A DNA stretch of 17,436 nucleotides from Fidelibacterota bacterium (lineage in GTDB: Bacteria > Fidelibacterota > Marinisomatia > Marinisomatales > UBA2128). The notes beneath the pieces are model-generated. The model was not told the origin of the DNA, ran no database searches, and saw only the letters and a program-made list of their open reading frames with translations. The first letter of the stretch is position 1, and every line of letters begins with the position of its first letter. Positions 14,977 through 17,436 of the stretch are shown here, piece by piece. The stretch is taken from NCBI GenBank assembly GCA_046861645.1, contig JBHHUM010000044.1:1-17436 (forward strand), written 5' to 3'. Both the position numbers and the translations under genes were made by a program.

Positions 14977-17304
14977 ATGAAAACTCTGGAGGAGCTTCGT
15001 CCCTATTTTGGTTATTGGGAAAAGACCAAGGATCTTATTGATCAATGCATCGATTTGATGCTTAACTTCCGTCAGAGTGGTCATCCGGGAGGTTCCCGTT
15101 CAAAAGTACACGGCCTGGTTACAACGCTTCTCTCGGGAGTAATGCGCTGGGATATCAGGGAACCGGGGAAGCGATTTGGTGACCGGTTTGTTCTCGTTGC
15201 CGGGCATACGAATCCACTGGTTTATGCAGCCCTGGCTGTCCTGAATGAAGCGTTACGAATCAAGTACCAACAAACCGGTGATGAACGGTATCTGGTCAAT
15301 AATGCTCCTGAGCGGGCTCTATATTGGGAGGATCTGTTGACGCTCCGTCGCCGTGGTGGATTACCGGGACATGCAGAGATGTCTGGAAAAACCCTCTTTT
15401 TCAAGTTTAATACCGGTCCTTCTGGACACGGTTCACCTCCAGCGGTCGGTGAAGCCCTGGCTTTGAAGTATGCTGGTTGTGAAGAGGTGAAAGTTTTTGC
15501 TTTTGAGGGGGAAGGAGGACTCACTACTGGTGCAGCCCATGAAGCCAAGAATTCTGCTTACGGTCTGGGTTTAGGGAATCTCATCTATTTTGTTGATTGG
15601 AACGATTATGGGATAGATGATCGTGCTTTCAGCTCGGTTATCCACGGTACACCTGTGGATTGGTTCCAACCTTACGGCTGGCGAGTGGAGGGAACGGAAG
15701 AAGGAGAAAATTGGGAAGCCGTGCTAGCGACGTATCTACGTCTCTTTGACAATAGTGATGAGTACCGCCATACACCAAAAGTATTGTGGACGAAAAACCG
15801 GAAGGGCCGAGATTATGGAGTGTATGATAATAAGAGTCATGGCACCGCTCATAAAATGAATTCAGAGCTCTTCTGGGCAACCAAACAACCCTTTGCTGAA
15901 AAGTATGGTGTGGAATTTGATGGGTTTGGTGAACCGGCTCCGGCGGAATATGAAACCCAAAAGAGGCAATCCCGTCGCAACCTGGAAGTGGTTATGAGTG
16001 TGCTGCATCAGGATCAGGATATGGTGGACTATCTGGCTGAGACACTGGTGGAGCTGGGTGATGCGGTTCCCGAAGAAATACCCACCTGTCGAGTTACCAT
16101 GGCGAATCCATTAAATGATCCCGTGTTAACTAAGTATGCAAACTATCCTGAAGAGCTTTTTTTACCCCCTGGTACGAAAGCCCCCAATCGTAAGGCTTTG
16201 GCGGCATTTGGTTCGTGGCTTAATTCTTACTGCCGGGATAAGTACGGTCGCCCTCTGGTCCTTGCCGCCTCGGCCGACTTGGCCGATTCCACGAATATTT
16301 CCGGTTTTGGTAAGGGATGGGAAGAGTCGCCGGATTTCGGTTTTTATGAAAGGGAGACAAACCCGTCGGGGACAATTCTCCCTCAGCCGATAACGGAGTT
16401 CTGCAATGCCGGGATCATGGCAGGTTTGGCAACAGTTAATTTTGCCGAAAATCCGTATGCCGAATTCAACGGATTTTTAGGCGCCTGTTCCACCTATGGT
16501 TCATTTTCTTACCTCAAATACGGGCTGATGCGGCTTTTCAGTCAGGTGGCACAGGATTCGGAGCTGAAAGTAGGCCGGGTAATCTGGGTAGCGGGACATT
16601 CCGGGCCGGAGACAGCCGAGGACGCCCGCACCCACTTTGGTATTTTTGCTCCCGGTGTAACCCAGCTGTTTCCCCGTGGTGCTATTGTTAATCTCCATCC
16701 CTGGGAGTATAATGAAGTTGCACCCCTTTTAGGGGCAGCTTTAGCAACGGACGTTCCTATCATTGCTCTCCATTTGACGCGACCGCCGGTAGAAATCCCG
16801 GATAGAGTGTCGTTGGGGATGGCTTCTCATCTGGAGGCCGCCCGGGGTGCTTATGTAATTCGTCCCTACGATGATGATCGGCAGCAGGAAGGTGTTGTTA
16901 TTGTTCGGGGGACCAGCTCCACGGCAAATCTGGTAAAGTTGCTGCCGCGTATCGATCGAGAAGGACCAAATGTAAAAATAATTGCTGCTACCTCGTGGTT
17001 ACTTTTTCAGCATCAAAGTGGAGAATATCGTCGCCAAACCCTGTCACCAAGGGAGATGAACGATGCCATGATTATCACCAATGGATCACTGCTACAGATG
17101 CACAACTGGACTGCCAACAAGGTAGTGGCGGACTATTCCCTCTCCTCCGACTGGGATAACCGCTGGCGGAGTGGGGGCAGTATTGATGAGGTGGTCGCTG
17201 AAGCCCATCTCTCGAAAGAGTGGATCTGGAAGGGGATTGAACGGTTTGCGGCAGAACGGGAGGAGCGGTTGATTCGCTTACGGGGTCAGCTCCCTGAAGA
17301 TTAA
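14977..17304 (+). CDS. Divergent long transketolase-like ThDP-dependent enzyme
   Basis: 775 aa with RBS AAGGGAG. Motifs SGHPGG, DRFVLVAGH, LPGHAE, TGPSGHG, GEGG..WND, SHG, SADL, ITEF, GHSG..EDARTH and LTRP are collinear with transketolase motifs but clearly divergent. Confidence 0.88.
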   Translation: MKTLEELRPYFGYWEKTKDLIDQCIDLMLNFRQSGHPGGSRSKVHGLVTTLLSGVMRWDIREPGKRFGDRFVLVAGHTNPLVYAALAVLNEALRIKYQQTGDERYLVNNAPERALYWEDLLTLRRRGGLPGHAEMSGKTLFFKFNTGPSGHGSPPAVGEALALKYAGCEEVKVFAFEGEGGLTTGAAHEAKNSAYGLGLGNLIYFVDWNDYGIDDRAFSSVIHGTPVDWFQPYGWRVEGTEEGENWEAVLATYLRLFDNSDEYRHTPKVLWTKNRKGRDYGVYDNKSHGTAHKMNSELFWATKQPFAEKYGVEFDGFGEPAPAEYETQKRQSRRNLEVVMSVLHQDQDMVDYLAETLVELGDAVPEEIPTCRVTMANPLNDPVLTKYANYPEELFLPPGTKAPNRKALAAFGSWLNSYCRDKYGRPLVLAASADLADSTNISGFGKGWEESPDFGFYERETNPSGTILPQPITEFCNAGIMAGLATVNFAENPYAEFNGFLGACSTYGSFSYLKYGLMRLFSQVAQDSELKVGRVIWVAGHSGPETAEDARTHFGIFAPGVTQLFPRGAIVNLHPWEYNEVAPLLGAALATDVPIIALHLTRPPVEIPDRVSLGMASHLEAARGAYVIRPYDDDRQQEGVVIVRGTSSTANLVKLLPRIDREGPNVKIIAATSWLLFQHQSGEYRRQTLSPREMNDAMIITNGSLLQMHNWTANKVVADYSLSSDWDNRWRSGGSIDEVVAEAHLSKEWIWKGIERFAAEREERLIRLRGQLPED

Positions 17305-17436
17305 TATCAAAGTGGGTTTATTGATGGAATGCTGAGGGTGTTAAAGGTGAGAAGAGTATGCTGTCTTGATACAACCGAATAAGGTCGGGAAATAAATTGT
17401 TTACATAAACACTTCATCCTTTAAGTTGTTTGAGAA

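Noticed and set aside
321..16763. Remaining short ORFs (60-113 aa) nested in or antisense to the main genes
   Set aside because: All overlap well-supported CDSs and show no recognisable protein features.

Overview
Bacterial chromosomal window, probably from a non-Bacteroidota FCB-group lineage such as Ca. Marinimicrobia or KSB1 (inferred only from the 'NxPNPFN' C-terminal domains). Two plus-strand gene blocks flank a minus-strand insert. The left block encodes a membrane-anchored S45/penicillin-acylase-family Ntn hydrolase, a GDPD, and an M28 lipoprotein peptidase with PA and PDZ domains. The right block encodes uvrA, a canonical transketolase and a long, divergent transketolase-like ThDP enzyme. 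Between them is an AT-rich insert of about 4.7 kb (5119-9808) bounded by a 40-bp direct repeat (38/40 identical; 5079-5118 and 9809-9848) that duplicates the last 13 codons of the M28 gene and ends in its own 6-bp inverted repeat. The insert has no integrase or transposase. It carries two secreted beta-propeller genes with T9SS-CTD/FlgD-Ig-like tails: an intact LVIVD-repeat protein, and an Asp-box/FnIII protein broken by an in-frame TAG and a frameshift. The repeat-bounded, recombinase-less cassette and the atypical transketolase paralog are the most interesting elements. All GC values are hand counts over short samples.
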